From Pseudomonadales bacterium (lineage in GTDB: Bacteria; Pseudomonadota; Gammaproteobacteria; Pseudomonadales; Azotimanducaceae), in assembly GCA_965267485.1 (NCBI GenBank), contig OZ254080.1, positions 3,520,183-3,584,182 on the forward strand: DNA of 64,000 bases. The letters are read 5' to 3'. A model generated the notes under the pieces. That model was not told where the DNA came from. It worked only from the letters and a program-made list of their open reading frames with translations, and searched no databases. Position numbers and translations under genes: made by a program. Positions 17,210 to 26,482 of the stretch are shown here, piece by piece. Position 1 is the first letter of the stretch. Each line of letters opens with the position of its first letter.

Positions 17210-17310
17210 CGACCCAGGTGCCGATTTCTTCTACAACGCGATCCACCGTAGACCTCGTCTGTACCATCGTCAATCAGCCATCGTTGAGTGGTAATCGGCG
17301 CAATCGCGGG

Positions 17311-18069
17311 TTAGGGCTTTACGTAGACATGTACGAAGCGGTCGGTGCTGAACCGGATGGCCGGATCGAACACGTTCAGCGTGTGGTCATCGGCAGGGTT
17401 GTGCAGCGCATCAGAAGCCTGCATGAGCCGGAAACCGTGTCCCTCGATGTCCTTCCGGGCAAAGGCGGGGTCGATACGGTGCAGCGTCTGCGCGGCGGTG
17501 GTGCCCGTGCCCGCGGCGGCCACGTGATCGACGATCAAAAAGCGCCCGCCGGGCACCAGGGCGTCATGAATCTGGGCAAGGAACGCATCGGCGTCAATCG
17601 CCGGCCAGCCGCCCTCTTCGTCGACATAGTAGAGGTCGTGATACGACATGATGATCATCGCCGCATCCAGCGTCGCCGAACCAAGCTGAAGGTCATCGAC
17701 CTCGGCATTGTGCCTCGTCACGTTCGGCAGTGACCGCCCCTCGAATCGCTCGTTCAGCGCTTTCGCGGCGAACTGGTTGTAGGCGCCATTGTTGTGAAGC
17801 AGCACCTCGCCATTCTCGCCGACGACACCGGCCAGGATCTCGCTGTAATAGCCGCCGCCACCGAAGATATCAGCGACGCGGTCGCCGGCGCGCAGCCCGA
17901 GGAGCGGCACGATGACATCCGGCCGGCTGGTGGCATCACGCTCAAGGTCACGGGAAAGCCGGTCAGGGCCTGCCAGTACTGACTGAATGGAGGTGGGTTG
18001 CGGCTGCAGTGACTGGCTGGCACAGCCGGTCACAACGACGGCTAGCAGGCAAACGATGAGTGGTCTCAT
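17311..18069 (-). CDS. Class I SAM-dependent methyltransferase with lipoprotein-type signal
   Basis: Lipobox VVTGC and motif I-like VADIFGGGGYY. Confidence 0.72.
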   Translation of the reverse strand: MRPLIVCLLAVVVTGCASQSLQPQPTSIQSVLAGPDRLSRDLERDATSRPDVIVPLLGLRAGDRVADIFGGGGYYSEILAGVVGENGEVLLHNNGAYNQFAAKALNERFEGRSLPNVTRHNAEVDDLQLGSATLDAAMIIMSYHDLYYVDEEGGWPAIDADAFLAQIHDALVPGGRFLIVDHVAAAGTGTTAAQTLHRIDPAFARKDIEGHGFRLMQASDALHNPADDHTLNVFDPAIRFSTDRFVHVYVKP

Positions 18070-18119
18070 GATATCTCTCCCCTGATCTGATCATGAGTCC
18101 GCCCGACCGCGCGCAACGT

Positions 18120-18626
18120 TCAATCCTCGTGGGCGGGCCCCGCCAGCTGTCGAAGCGCATTGCCACTCATGCGGTAGCCGATCCATTCGGATTGCGCCTC
18201 CGCACCCAGCGACTCATAGAAGTCGATCGACGGCTTGTTCCAGTCCAGCACGCTCCATTCGAAGCGTGTACAGCCCTCACTCACCGCAATTTGCGCAAGC
18301 CGCTCCATGAGCGCGAAGCCTGCACCGGTGCCGCGATGTTCCTCATCGACGAAGAGGTCTTCAAGATAGATGCCGTAACGACCAGTCCAGGTCGAGAAGT
18401 TGTAGAAGAACAGCGCGAAGCCGACGGCGGTACCGTCCGACTCCGCGATCAGACAGCGTGTCTTTGCCGTCTGGCCGAACAGCGCATCCGCAAGGTCGTC
18501 GGTCGTTGCGACGACTTCGTCTTCTGCCTTCTCGTAGCGTGCCAGCCCCCGAATGAACGCCAGAATGACATCGACGTCTGTGGGTACTGCCTCACGAATC
18601 TCGATCATCTCGCTGTCTCTCACCAA
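18120..18626 (-). CDS. GNAT-family N-acetyltransferase
   Basis: Acetyl-CoA motif HRGTGAGFALMERLAQ. The start may be the internal MIEIREA. Confidence 0.8.
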   Translation of the reverse strand: MVRDSEMIEIREAVPTDVDVILAFIRGLARYEKAEDEVVATTDDLADALFGQTAKTRCLIAESDGTAVGFALFFYNFSTWTGRYGIYLEDLFVDEEHRGTGAGFALMERLAQIAVSEGCTRFEWSVLDWNKPSIDFYESLGAEAQSEWIGYRMSGNALRQLAGPAHED

Positions 18627-18641
18627 TTGCCCAGCGAGAGT

Positions 18642-19409
18642 CTACTGCGAGATGCCGGCGCGTGCCCTGATCGCTTCGTCACGCAGCGAGACGTCCTTGC
18701 CGGCGAACTCCCGGGCGTCTTCCGTGCACAGCCAGACAATGGCGTCGGCAACCTTGTCTGTCGAGATATGAACCGCGGGGTCGAGCTGGCTCACAGGATT
18801 GATGCCCGAGGCGCGAATCTGCACCTGCATCTCGGTTGCCACTGTGCCCGGGCTGAGCCCAAGCACCGTGATCCCTTCGCTGCGGTACTCGTGGTCGGTG
18901 CACTGCGTCAGCGACAGCAGGCCGGCCTTGGTCGCGCAGTAGTGACTCCACGCCTCGATGGCGTTGGTGGCCGCGCCGGAACTGATATTGACGATGACGC
19001 CTTCGCCTGCCGCCAGCATTGGCGGCAGTGACGCCCGGATAGCGTGGTACGCACCCTTGAGATTAATGTCGACGACCTCGTCCCAGCCATCCGGGTCGCT
19101 GTCGGCAATCCGTGCGATCGGCTCAATGACGCCGGCATTGTTCACGAGGATGTCGATGGCGCCGAACGCATCGACGGTGCGCAGAACGGCGGCCTCCACG
19201 TCCGCGTAGCGCGTGACATCGCAGGTGATCGCCTGGGCCCGGCCACCCGCCTTTGTGATCTCGTCAGCAATTCGCTCGATATCACCCGCACTGCGGGCCG
19301 CGAGTGTGACCGCGGCACCGGCACGTGCCAGCGCCCTCGCGGCCGCCTCACCAATGCCGCGGCTCGCGCCGGTGATCAGCGCCGCCTTGCCTTCGAAGTT
19401 ATCGCCCAT
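18642..19409 (-). CDS. SDR-family oxidoreductase
   Basis: Motifs TGASRGIGEA, NNAG and catalytic YxxxK (YCATK). Confidence 0.85.
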   Translation of the reverse strand: MGDNFEGKAALITGASRGIGEAAARALARAGAAVTLAARSAGDIERIADEITKAGGRAQAITCDVTRYADVEAAVLRTVDAFGAIDILVNNAGVIEPIARIADSDPDGWDEVVDINLKGAYHAIRASLPPMLAAGEGVIVNISSGAATNAIEAWSHYCATKAGLLSLTQCTDHEYRSEGITVLGLSPGTVATEMQVQIRASGINPVSQLDPAVHISTDKVADAIVWLCTEDAREFAGKDVSLRDEAIRARAGISQ

Positions 19410-20762
19410 CTATACCACTCCATAGGCATAAACGGCTTCGGCGACTTTCGCGAAGCCGGCGATGTTGGCGCCCTTCACGTAGTCCACGTGGTCGCCGGAC
19501 TGACCGAACTCGACACAGCGGCCGTGAATGTCGCGCATGATGCCCTGCAGGCGCTCGTCCACCTCGTCGCGCGACCAGCTGATGCGAAGCGCGTTCTGAC
19601 TGAGTTCGAGACCCGAGACCGCGACGCCACCGGCATTCGAGGCCTTGCCCGGCGCGTGAGGTATCTGCTTTGACGCCAGGAACTTGAGCGCTTCAGGGGT
19701 CGTCGGCATGTTCGCGCCTTCGACCACGGCAATGACGCCGCGGTCAACGAGACCCCGGGCGTCATCGAGGCCGAGTTCGTTCTGGGTCGCACACGGCACG
19801 GCGACGTCACACTCGATCCCCCAGGGATTCTTGCCGGCACCGTACTCGACATCGCTGTATTTCTCGGCAACTTCCTCGATGCGGCCCCGCTGCTCTTCTT
19901 TCAGGTGGCGGACGAACTCGAGTTGCTCCTCGGTAATGCCATTTTTGAAGTGAACGGTACCGCCACTGTCACTCATGCTGACGACACTCGCGCCCATGTC
20001 GAGCGCCTTCTCGGCCGCGTACATGGCGACGTTCCCCGACCCGCTGATGGCGACGCGCTTGCCCTGCAGGCTGCGATCGGTCTGGTTCAGCATTTCCTCG
20101 CAGAAATAGATGGCGCCGTAGCCCGTCGCCTCCTTGCGGACGGCGCTGCCACCGAACGACTGGCCCTTGCCCGTAATCACACCGCTCCAGCGGTTCTGCA
20201 GCGCCACGTATTTGCCGAACAGGTAGCTGATCTCACGGGCGCCGACGCCAATGTCACCGGCGGGAACATCCACGTCTTCGCCGATGTGTCGTTGCAACTC
20301 CACCATCATGCCGTGGCAGAAGCGCATGATCTCGGCCGAGCTCTTGCCCTTGGGGTTGAAGTTCGCCCCGCCCTTCGCCCCGCCCATCGGCAGCCCCGTG
20401 AGGCTGTTCTTGAAGATCTGCTCGAAGCCGAGGAACTTGAGCACGCTTTCGGTCACTGATGGATGGAAGCGCAGCCCGCCCTTGTACGGGCCGAGTGCGT
20501 TACAGAACTGGACACGCCAGGCCCGGTTTGCCCGCACCTCACCGCTGTCGGTTTCCCAGGTGACCCGGAACGATATGATCCGGTCGGGTTCGGTCAGGCG
20601 CTCGAGAATCTGGGCCCGGCGATAGTCCTCGCGCTCCATATACCAGGGCATGATCGAATCGACGACCTCTTCGACGGCTTGCTGGAATTCGGTCTGGTAC
20701 GGGTTGCGCTTGCGCACCCCCCGCATGAATTTGTTGATCTCTGTCTGAACTGCATCGGGCAT
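19410..20762 (-). CDS. gdhA: NADP-specific glutamate dehydrogenase
   Basis: Motifs GGLRFHPSV, LPMGGAKGG and GSGNVA, with a length of 450 aa. Confidence 0.93.
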   Translation of the reverse strand: MPDAVQTEINKFMRGVRKRNPYQTEFQQAVEEVVDSIMPWYMEREDYRRAQILERLTEPDRIISFRVTWETDSGEVRANRAWRVQFCNALGPYKGGLRFHPSVTESVLKFLGFEQIFKNSLTGLPMGGAKGGANFNPKGKSSAEIMRFCHGMMVELQRHIGEDVDVPAGDIGVGAREISYLFGKYVALQNRWSGVITGKGQSFGGSAVRKEATGYGAIYFCEEMLNQTDRSLQGKRVAISGSGNVAMYAAEKALDMGASVVSMSDSGGTVHFKNGITEEQLEFVRHLKEEQRGRIEEVAEKYSDVEYGAGKNPWGIECDVAVPCATQNELGLDDARGLVDRGVIAVVEGANMPTTPEALKFLASKQIPHAPGKASNAGGVAVSGLELSQNALRISWSRDEVDERLQGIMRDIHGRCVEFGQSGDHVDYVKGANIAGFAKVAEAVYAYGVV

Positions 20763-20771
20763 CGCGGGTTC

Positions 20772-21458
20772 CTACCAGGGTAGTCGATTCCCGCGCCAGT
20801 CGAAGAAGCCCCCGGTATCCCGGGAGTCAAGGCCGCGCAATACGTCCAACAGCCGGGTTGCTGTCTCTTCCGGCGTTACAGCTTCAGGACCACGGCCCTC
20901 GGCGACGAATGGCGCAGAAAGGTGTGTGTGAGTCGTACCAGGATGCAGCGCAATGACGATCAACTCCCTGTTTGTTCGCCCCAATTCGATCGAGGCGTTT
21001 TTTGTAATCATGTTGAGCGCCGCCTTGCTGGCGCGATAACCATACCAGCCGCCGGCCCGGTTGTCGTCGATGCTGCCAACGCGGGCACTGAGGATCGCCA
21101 GCACCGTGCGCTGACGACGCATAAGGTGTTTGCCGAAGTATTTGAGTATCAGGGCCGGGACGACGACGTTGCGATCAAATGACGTGAGCAACTGATCGCG
21201 CGATATGTCCCGCAGGGATTTCTCGGGCCTGTGCTCGTCGTCGTGCAGAAACCCGTTACAGATGAACATGAGGTCGAACCCGCGCTCGATCTTGCGCGCC
21301 AGCGATTCGACGCTCTCCTCCGAGTAGTCAGTCTGATGCCAGCGCTCACCCTCGCCGGGCTGCCGGCTGATCGACGTGATTTCGTAGTCGTCATCCAGCG
21401 CGCCGGCGAGCGCCCGGGCAATATCGCCACCGGCACCGACAATCAGTGCTCTTTTCAT
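20772..21458 (-). CDS. SDR-family oxidoreductase (C-factor-like)
   Basis: Motifs MKRALIVGAGGDIA and YRASKAALN. The ORF-track start at 21476 is also possible. Confidence 0.78.
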   Translation of the reverse strand: MKRALIVGAGGDIARALAGALDDDYEITSISRQPGEGERWHQTDYSEESVESLARKIERGFDLMFICNGFLHDDEHRPEKSLRDISRDQLLTSFDRNVVVPALILKYFGKHLMRRQRTVLAILSARVGSIDDNRAGGWYGYRASKAALNMITKNASIELGRTNRELIVIALHPGTTHTHLSAPFVAEGRGPEAVTPEETATRLLDVLRGLDSRDTGGFFDWRGNRLPW

Positions 21459-21562
21459 GTTCCCGATTCCATTCACATTCGAACATGCCTACGAGAATCA
21501 GAGGCTGGCAGATGGGCAGGGGCTCGCCTGATCGCAACCCCGCATGCCGTCGTACACTGTGC

Positions 21563-23110
21563 ATGGCAAAAAAACGCTACCAGACACTCCGCCTGATTCT
21601 CGGCGACCAGCTCGACATTCAACACTCGTGGTTTGCCTCGGTCGATGACAGCGTGCTTTACCTGATCGCCGAGCTTCGCCAGGAGACCGGCTATGCCCGG
21701 CACCATGTACAAAAAGTGTGCTGCTTTTTTCTGGCCATGGCGCGTTTCGCCGAGGCGCTGATCGAGAAGGGTCACGACGTCTGCTACCTGACCCTCGATG
21801 ACACCGCAGACCATGAGGATCTGACGGCGCTGCTCGACGCCACCCTTCGGGACCACGACATCGAACGGTTCGAGTACCAGTTGCCGGACGAGTATCGGGT
21901 GGAGCAACAGCTTGCCGACTGGGCATCGAACGCCGGCATCGCGGTCTCTGCCGTCGAGAGCGAGCACTTTTATCTGAGCCGCGAGGCGCTGCCTCGCTAC
22001 TTCAGTCGGGATCGCAATCATCTGATGGAGACGTTCTACCGGTCGATGCGGCGTGAATCCGGCATTCTGATGGACGGGGCGAAGCCGCTCGGCGGCCGCT
22101 GGAACTTCGACGCCGAAAATCGCAAGAAGCTGCCAAAGACTGAGCAGGTGCCCTCCCCGCGCCTGTTCGAGCACGACGCTTCGGCCGTGCTGGAGAGACT
22201 CGAACGACACGGCGTCGAGACGATCGGACGCACACCTGGCACGCGACTGTCATGGCCGGTGACGCGACGCGAGTCGCTGGGGCTGATCAATCATTTCTGC
22301 GACGAATTGCTGCCCGATTTCGGCCGCTATCAGGATGCGATGACCGACCGCGGCTGGGCGCTGTTTCACTCCCGCCTGTCGTTCAGCCTGAATGCCAAGC
22401 TCATCCGCCCCCATGAAGTCATCGAGCGAGCGATCAATGCATTCGAGTCGCGCCCGGACGACATCTCACTGGCGGCCATCGAGGGCTTCGTGCGCCAGAT
22501 TCTGGGCTGGCGCGAGTTTATGCGCGGCATCTACTGGACGTACATGCCGGGGTATGCGACGCGGAACACGTTCCGGCATCAGGGTGCCCTCCCCGCGTTC
22601 TATTGGGATGGCGACACGAAGATGCACTGCATGAAGACGGCGATTGAACACTCGCTCGACCACGCCTACTCGCATCACATCCAGCGCCTGATGGTCACCG
22701 GCAACTTTGCGCTCCTGCTCGGCGTACATCCTGACGCCGTCGACGACTGGTACCTCGGCATCTACGCCGATGCCCTGCAGTGGGTAGAGATCACCAATAC
22801 GCGCGGCATGAGCCAGTTCGCCGATGATGGCATTGTGGCGACCAAGCCCTATATCTCGTCGGGCAAATACATCCAGCGGATGAGCGATCACTGCAGCCAG
22901 TGTGCCTACGACGTGAAAAGACGCACCGGCGAAGGCGCCTGCCCATTCAACGTCTTCTTCTGGGAATTTCTGGATCGACACCGGGCACGCCTGGCTGACA
23001 ACCACCGCATGGGCATGATGATGCGCAACCTCGAACGCATCGACGCCGTCGAACTCGACGAGATCCGCACGACGGCGCGCCAGTACCGGCAGCACGCCGA
23101 CGAGCTGTAG
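21563..23110 (+). CDS. Cryptochrome/photolyase-family protein of the Fe-S (CryB/PhrB, FeS-BCP) type
   Basis: N-terminus LRLILGDQL and a C-terminal Cys cluster CSQCAY...GACPFN. ATG at 21563 was chosen over the longer ORF-track start. Confidence 0.82.
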   Translation: MAKKRYQTLRLILGDQLDIQHSWFASVDDSVLYLIAELRQETGYARHHVQKVCCFFLAMARFAEALIEKGHDVCYLTLDDTADHEDLTALLDATLRDHDIERFEYQLPDEYRVEQQLADWASNAGIAVSAVESEHFYLSREALPRYFSRDRNHLMETFYRSMRRESGILMDGAKPLGGRWNFDAENRKKLPKTEQVPSPRLFEHDASAVLERLERHGVETIGRTPGTRLSWPVTRRESLGLINHFCDELLPDFGRYQDAMTDRGWALFHSRLSFSLNAKLIRPHEVIERAINAFESRPDDISLAAIEGFVRQILGWREFMRGIYWTYMPGYATRNTFRHQGALPAFYWDGDTKMHCMKTAIEHSLDHAYSHHIQRLMVTGNFALLLGVHPDAVDDWYLGIYADALQWVEITNTRGMSQFADDGIVATKPYISSGKYIQRMSDHCSQCAYDVKRRTGEGACPFNVFFWEFLDRHRARLADNHRMGMMMRNLERIDAVELDEIRTTARQYRQHADEL

Positions 23111-23154
23111 GGCACCGCACCGATTCGCGCCCTCCCATGGTGCAACCCAATGCC

Positions 23155-23193
23155 GGGGTCAGACCCTGGTGCCAGACCCCGGGGTCAGACCCC
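23155..23193. repeat. GGGTCAGACCC repeat (locus B, two units)
   Basis: Sequence GGGGTCAGACCCTGGTGCCAGACCCCGGGGTCAGACCCC, downstream of the photolyase stop. Confidence 0.6.
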
Positions 23194-23374
23194 GACCATC
23201 GGCCACATTCGGCTCTAAAAGTGGAATGACGATGAACCGGCGGCAAGGTGCTGCCGTACCACCCAAGAACTGAATTCCGCCCTCACTTCCTGCCGCGCTC
23301 ACACCGACGAATGGCGCCCCGGAACAGTGCCACTTTGCGACCACGTTCGCGCGCAACCTCCCGCAGAACCGTTC

Positions 23375-23390
23375 TGGTACGCCGGTTGCA
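23375..23390 (+). promoter_or_regulatory. Sigma-54 (RpoN) type -24/-12 promoter
   Basis: TGGTACG-CCGG-TTGCA matches TGGCACG-N4-TTGCW with one mismatch and exact spacing. It lies about 36 nt upstream of the ATG at 23426, with an AAGGA RBS in between. Confidence 0.5.
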
Positions 23391-23425
23391 TATATCGCGT
23401 CGTCAGAAGTAACAAGGACTCCCTT

Positions 23426-24700
23426 ATGCGACGCAATGACCTCAAACTGATATTGATCGTTGTTGCCGCATTCCTGACAGTTCCGGCTCAGGCCGGAGCC
23501 AAGGGTGGCCTGATTGAAGCGATATTCGAGATCGAACGCGAAGAGGGAGCGCATTCGACCGAGCTTTACCAGCCACTCCAGGAACTCGGCATGACGCTGC
23601 TCGACAACGGCGAGCACGAACTGGCGCTGGACACGTTTCGACGTATGCAGCACATCATTCATCGCAGCTACGGCGTCTACGCGCCGGAACAGCTCGAGAC
23701 CGTCGACCTGATCACGACAACCTATGCCCGGATGGGCGAGTTCGAAGAGGTCGATACACAACAGCACTTCAGCTTTGCGATTGCCGAACGCGCGTTCGAG
23801 CCCGGCGACATCAGAATGGCGCAGGCCAGCGCGAAGCTGGCACGGTGGTATCGCAACACCGCCCGCTTCGACCAGGCCCTCGACCTCTATCACCAGGCGC
23901 TCGGGATACTGGATGACTCCAGGGTCAAGTTTCGTGTCGCGATGCTGCGCGGCGAAGCCTTGACGCTGTACCTGTCGGGCCGATGCTGCGCCTCGGACAA
24001 GCTCGCCGAAGCATCTGCGATTGCCCAGGCTTCGAGCGCGTTTGATTTTCAGGAGAAACGTCAGGCGGCACTCGATCTCGCAGACATGCTGATGGTCGAG
24101 AAAGCCTATGAAGCGGCCCCGCCTGCCTACGCGCTGGTACGCCAACTCTCGAACGAAGCGCTTGGCGCCGCCATGCTCGGCGTACGACATCCGCGCGCGA
24201 TCTCGAACGCCATTGTCGATGCGACCATGGCGTTCAGCGGACGCAGAAAGGTGATCGACCTTCCGTCTGAAGGGACGCAGCTGTTCGCGCGAACCACAAG
24301 ACTGCCGGCATCAATCGGCAATCCGGTTCCCGTCTGCTCGGCGACCGTCGAGGAAGTCCTGCGGTCAGCCAGCATCGAACGCCTGGGCGAATACTTCATC
24401 GATGTCGACGTCGAGATCGACGCGAACGGCCGACCGCGCAATATCGAAACCGATGGCAACGCGCCAGTCAGCCTGAATCGGTACGTGCGTGCCGTTTTGC
24501 AACAAACGCGCTACCGGCCGCAGACGACAGAGGACGGCGAACGCTCGGCCGCGAAGCTCTCGTTCCGGCAGACCTTCTCACCAGATGACGGCGTTGAACT
24601 CGTCGACAGCCTGAATGGCTGGAACGCGCTGCTCACAAAACAGGCATGCCAGACCGTCCAGCAGCACGGCTTCACCGTCATGAACGCCGCCGCCGACTGA
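23426..24700 (+). CDS. Exported TPR-like protein with TonB_C-like C-terminal domain
   Basis: Signal peptide MRRNDLKLILIVVAAFLTVPAQA. The C-terminus (YFIDVDVEIDANGRPRNIE...RYRP) resembles a TonB C-terminal domain. Confidence 0.58.
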   Translation: MRRNDLKLILIVVAAFLTVPAQAGAKGGLIEAIFEIEREEGAHSTELYQPLQELGMTLLDNGEHELALDTFRRMQHIIHRSYGVYAPEQLETVDLITTTYARMGEFEEVDTQQHFSFAIAERAFEPGDIRMAQASAKLARWYRNTARFDQALDLYHQALGILDDSRVKFRVAMLRGEALTLYLSGRCCASDKLAEASAIAQASSAFDFQEKRQAALDLADMLMVEKAYEAAPPAYALVRQLSNEALGAAMLGVRHPRAISNAIVDATMAFSGRRKVIDLPSEGTQLFARTTRLPASIGNPVPVCSATVEEVLRSASIERLGEYFIDVDVEIDANGRPRNIETDGNAPVSLNRYVRAVLQQTRYRPQTTEDGERSAAKLSFRQTFSPDDGVELVDSLNGWNALLTKQACQTVQQHGFTVMNAAAD

Positions 24701-24707
24701 GCGCAGC

Positions 24708-24822
24708 CACCCGGGGGTCTGACCCGGGGGTGGCACTAGGGTCTGACCCGGGGGTGGCACTGGGGTCTGACCCGGGGGTGGCACTGGGGTCTGACCCGGG
24801 GGTGGCACTGGGGTCTGACCCC
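24708..24822. repeat. Five tandem 24-bp units GGGTCTGACCCGGGGGTGGCACTG (locus C)
   Basis: GGGTCT starts at 24715, 24739, 24763, 24787 and 24811, an exact 24-bp period. The array begins 8 nt after the stop codon at 24700. Confidence 0.88.
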
Positions 24823-24901
24823 GCGCTGCCGTTTGTCGCGCGGCGTGGCCTTCGGCGGCGCATCAGGTAACATTCGGGTTCGGCAACCGGGATGACGACC
24901 C

Positions 24902-25636
24902 ATGACAACAAGAATTATCGCAGGGCTCGTCCTGCTGGCCTCCGCAACAAGCGCTCACGCAGACTTCATCGGCGTCTTCGCCGGCATCGGCGGCTGGCGC
25001 GCCGACTTCTCCGGCGACGTGGTTTCGAACGTCAATGTCGAGAACGAGCTTGGCATCGCCGACGACCTGAGCAACTACGCCTACTTCGCCTTCGAGCACC
25101 CGGTGCCGCTCTTGCCGAACATCCGGGTCGAGCGCACCAACGTCTCAGACACGGGCACCGGCACCCTGACAGGCTCGTTCGAGTTCGCGGGCGAGGATTT
25201 CACCGTCGGCGAGATGGTCGAGGCGGATATCGACCTGACCAGCACCGACCTGACGCTGTACTACGAACTGCTCGACACCGGCATGGATCTCGACGTCGGC
25301 CTCACGGCACGTGTATTCCAGGGCGATGTCATCATCGACAATGCATCCCGTAGCGTGACCGGCGGGTTGCCGATGCTCTACGCGCGCGCCAAGTTCGGCC
25401 TGCCGTTCTCAGGCTTCTATCTGGGCGCCGACATCAACACGCTGTCCTACCGGGACAGCGAGCTGACCGACCTGTCGTTCACGGTAGGCTGGGAGATCGA
25501 GAACTTCATCCTGCCGGAATTCGGCATCGAGGGCGGATATCGCAAGATGACCCTCGAACTCGATCCGGATGAATTCGATGTCGGCGTCGACGTCGATCTG
25601 GACGGTGTCTTCGTCAATCTCACCGCCCACTTCTGA
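24902..25636 (+). CDS. Outer-membrane beta-barrel protein (TIGR04219-like)
   Basis: Signal peptide ...ATSAHA, alternating beta-strand pattern and a C-terminal Phe. Confidence 0.62.
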   Translation: MTTRIIAGLVLLASATSAHADFIGVFAGIGGWRADFSGDVVSNVNVENELGIADDLSNYAYFAFEHPVPLLPNIRVERTNVSDTGTGTLTGSFEFAGEDFTVGEMVEADIDLTSTDLTLYYELLDTGMDLDVGLTARVFQGDVIIDNASRSVTGGLPMLYARAKFGLPFSGFYLGADINTLSYRDSELTDLSFTVGWEIENFILPEFGIEGGYRKMTLELDPDEFDVGVDVDLDGVFVNLTAHF

Positions 25637-25678
25637 TAAGCGTTTGAACGCGGCATCGCGTTGAGACAGAATCATCTG

Positions 25679-26482
25679 ATGCAACGCCCGGCCACGACAA
25701 TCCGGCGTCTGACGACGCGAGCACTGCTCTGCATGGCCTGTTTGCTGGCACCGTTCGCGAGCGCCGAGATCGATGACGACCAGCGGCTGCCGCTACGCGT
25801 CGGCATCACCGTCGAGTTCGAGCCGGTTGCCTTCGAGGTCGCCGGCGAACCCCAGGGCATCGAAGTCGACTTCGCTCATCTGTTGGGCGAGAAACTCGAG
25901 CGCACCATCGAATTCTCGATCTTTCCGTTCGCCGAACTCCTCGACGCCCTCGAGGCCGGCAAGGTCGACATCGTCATGGCCGGCATGTCGATTACCGAGG
26001 AACGTCAGGAGCGGGTCCTGTTTTCAGAGCCCTACATGGTCGTCGGGCAAATGGGTATTGTGCGCGCCGAGGACGCATCGCGCTTCGCGGGGCCTGCGTC
26101 GATGCAGGCTTCCGGGCTCAAGGTCGGTGTACATCTCGGTTCGACAGGCGAACAGTACGTCATCGACAACATGCCACGGGCGAATCTCATCGCCTACGAG
26201 TCGGTGGAGTCGGCGCTGGCCGCCCTCCGCAATGGCGAAATCAATCTCGTGATTCACGACTCCACGACCAGCTTTCAGCTCCACCGTTCCTTCGTCAACG
26301 ACAACCTGATCAGCCTGAACCGGTTCCTCACGCGGGAATCGATCGGGTGGGCAACGCGCAAGACAGACCGGGAACTCCACTCGCTCGTCAACTATGCCCT
26401 GCGCGAAATGAAGGAAGACGGTGTGGTGGCCGAGGTCATCGGGGAATGGCTGCCCATGCTACCGGTGACAATCGGCCAATGA
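25679..26482 (+). CDS. Periplasmic substrate-binding protein, family 3 (amino-acid type)
   Basis: Signal peptide, then GIEVDFAHLLGEKL..., KVDIVMAGMSITEER and LFSEPY. Confidence 0.8.
   Translation: MQRPATTIRRLTTRALLCMACLLAPFASAEIDDDQRLPLRVGITVEFEPVAFEVAGEPQGIEVDFAHLLGEKLERTIEFSIFPFAELLDALEAGKVDIVMAGMSITEERQERVLFSEPYMVVGQMGIVRAEDASRFAGPASMQASGLKVGVHLGSTGEQYVIDNMPRANLIAYESVESALAALRNGEINLVIHDSTTSFQLHRSFVNDNLISLNRFLTRESIGWATRKTDRELHSLVNYALREMKEDGVVAEVIGEWLPMLPVTIGQ

Noticed and set aside
23159-24190. 343-aa minus-strand ORF
   Set aside because: It is antisense to the signal-peptide TPR/TonB_C gene and runs through the GGGTCAGACCC repeat. It has no motifs and an Arg-rich antisense composition.
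24708-24822. Possible CRISPR array (regular 24-bp repeats)
   Set aside because: The units are directly tandem with no unique spacers, there are only 5 copies, and no cas genes are present. A REP-like tandem repeat fits better.
24730-24822. TGGCAC motifs inside the repeats as sigma-54 -24 elements
   Set aside because: The sequence 5 nt downstream is TCTGA rather than TTGC. The motif also recurs in both orientations as part of the repeat unit, so the similarity is coincidental.
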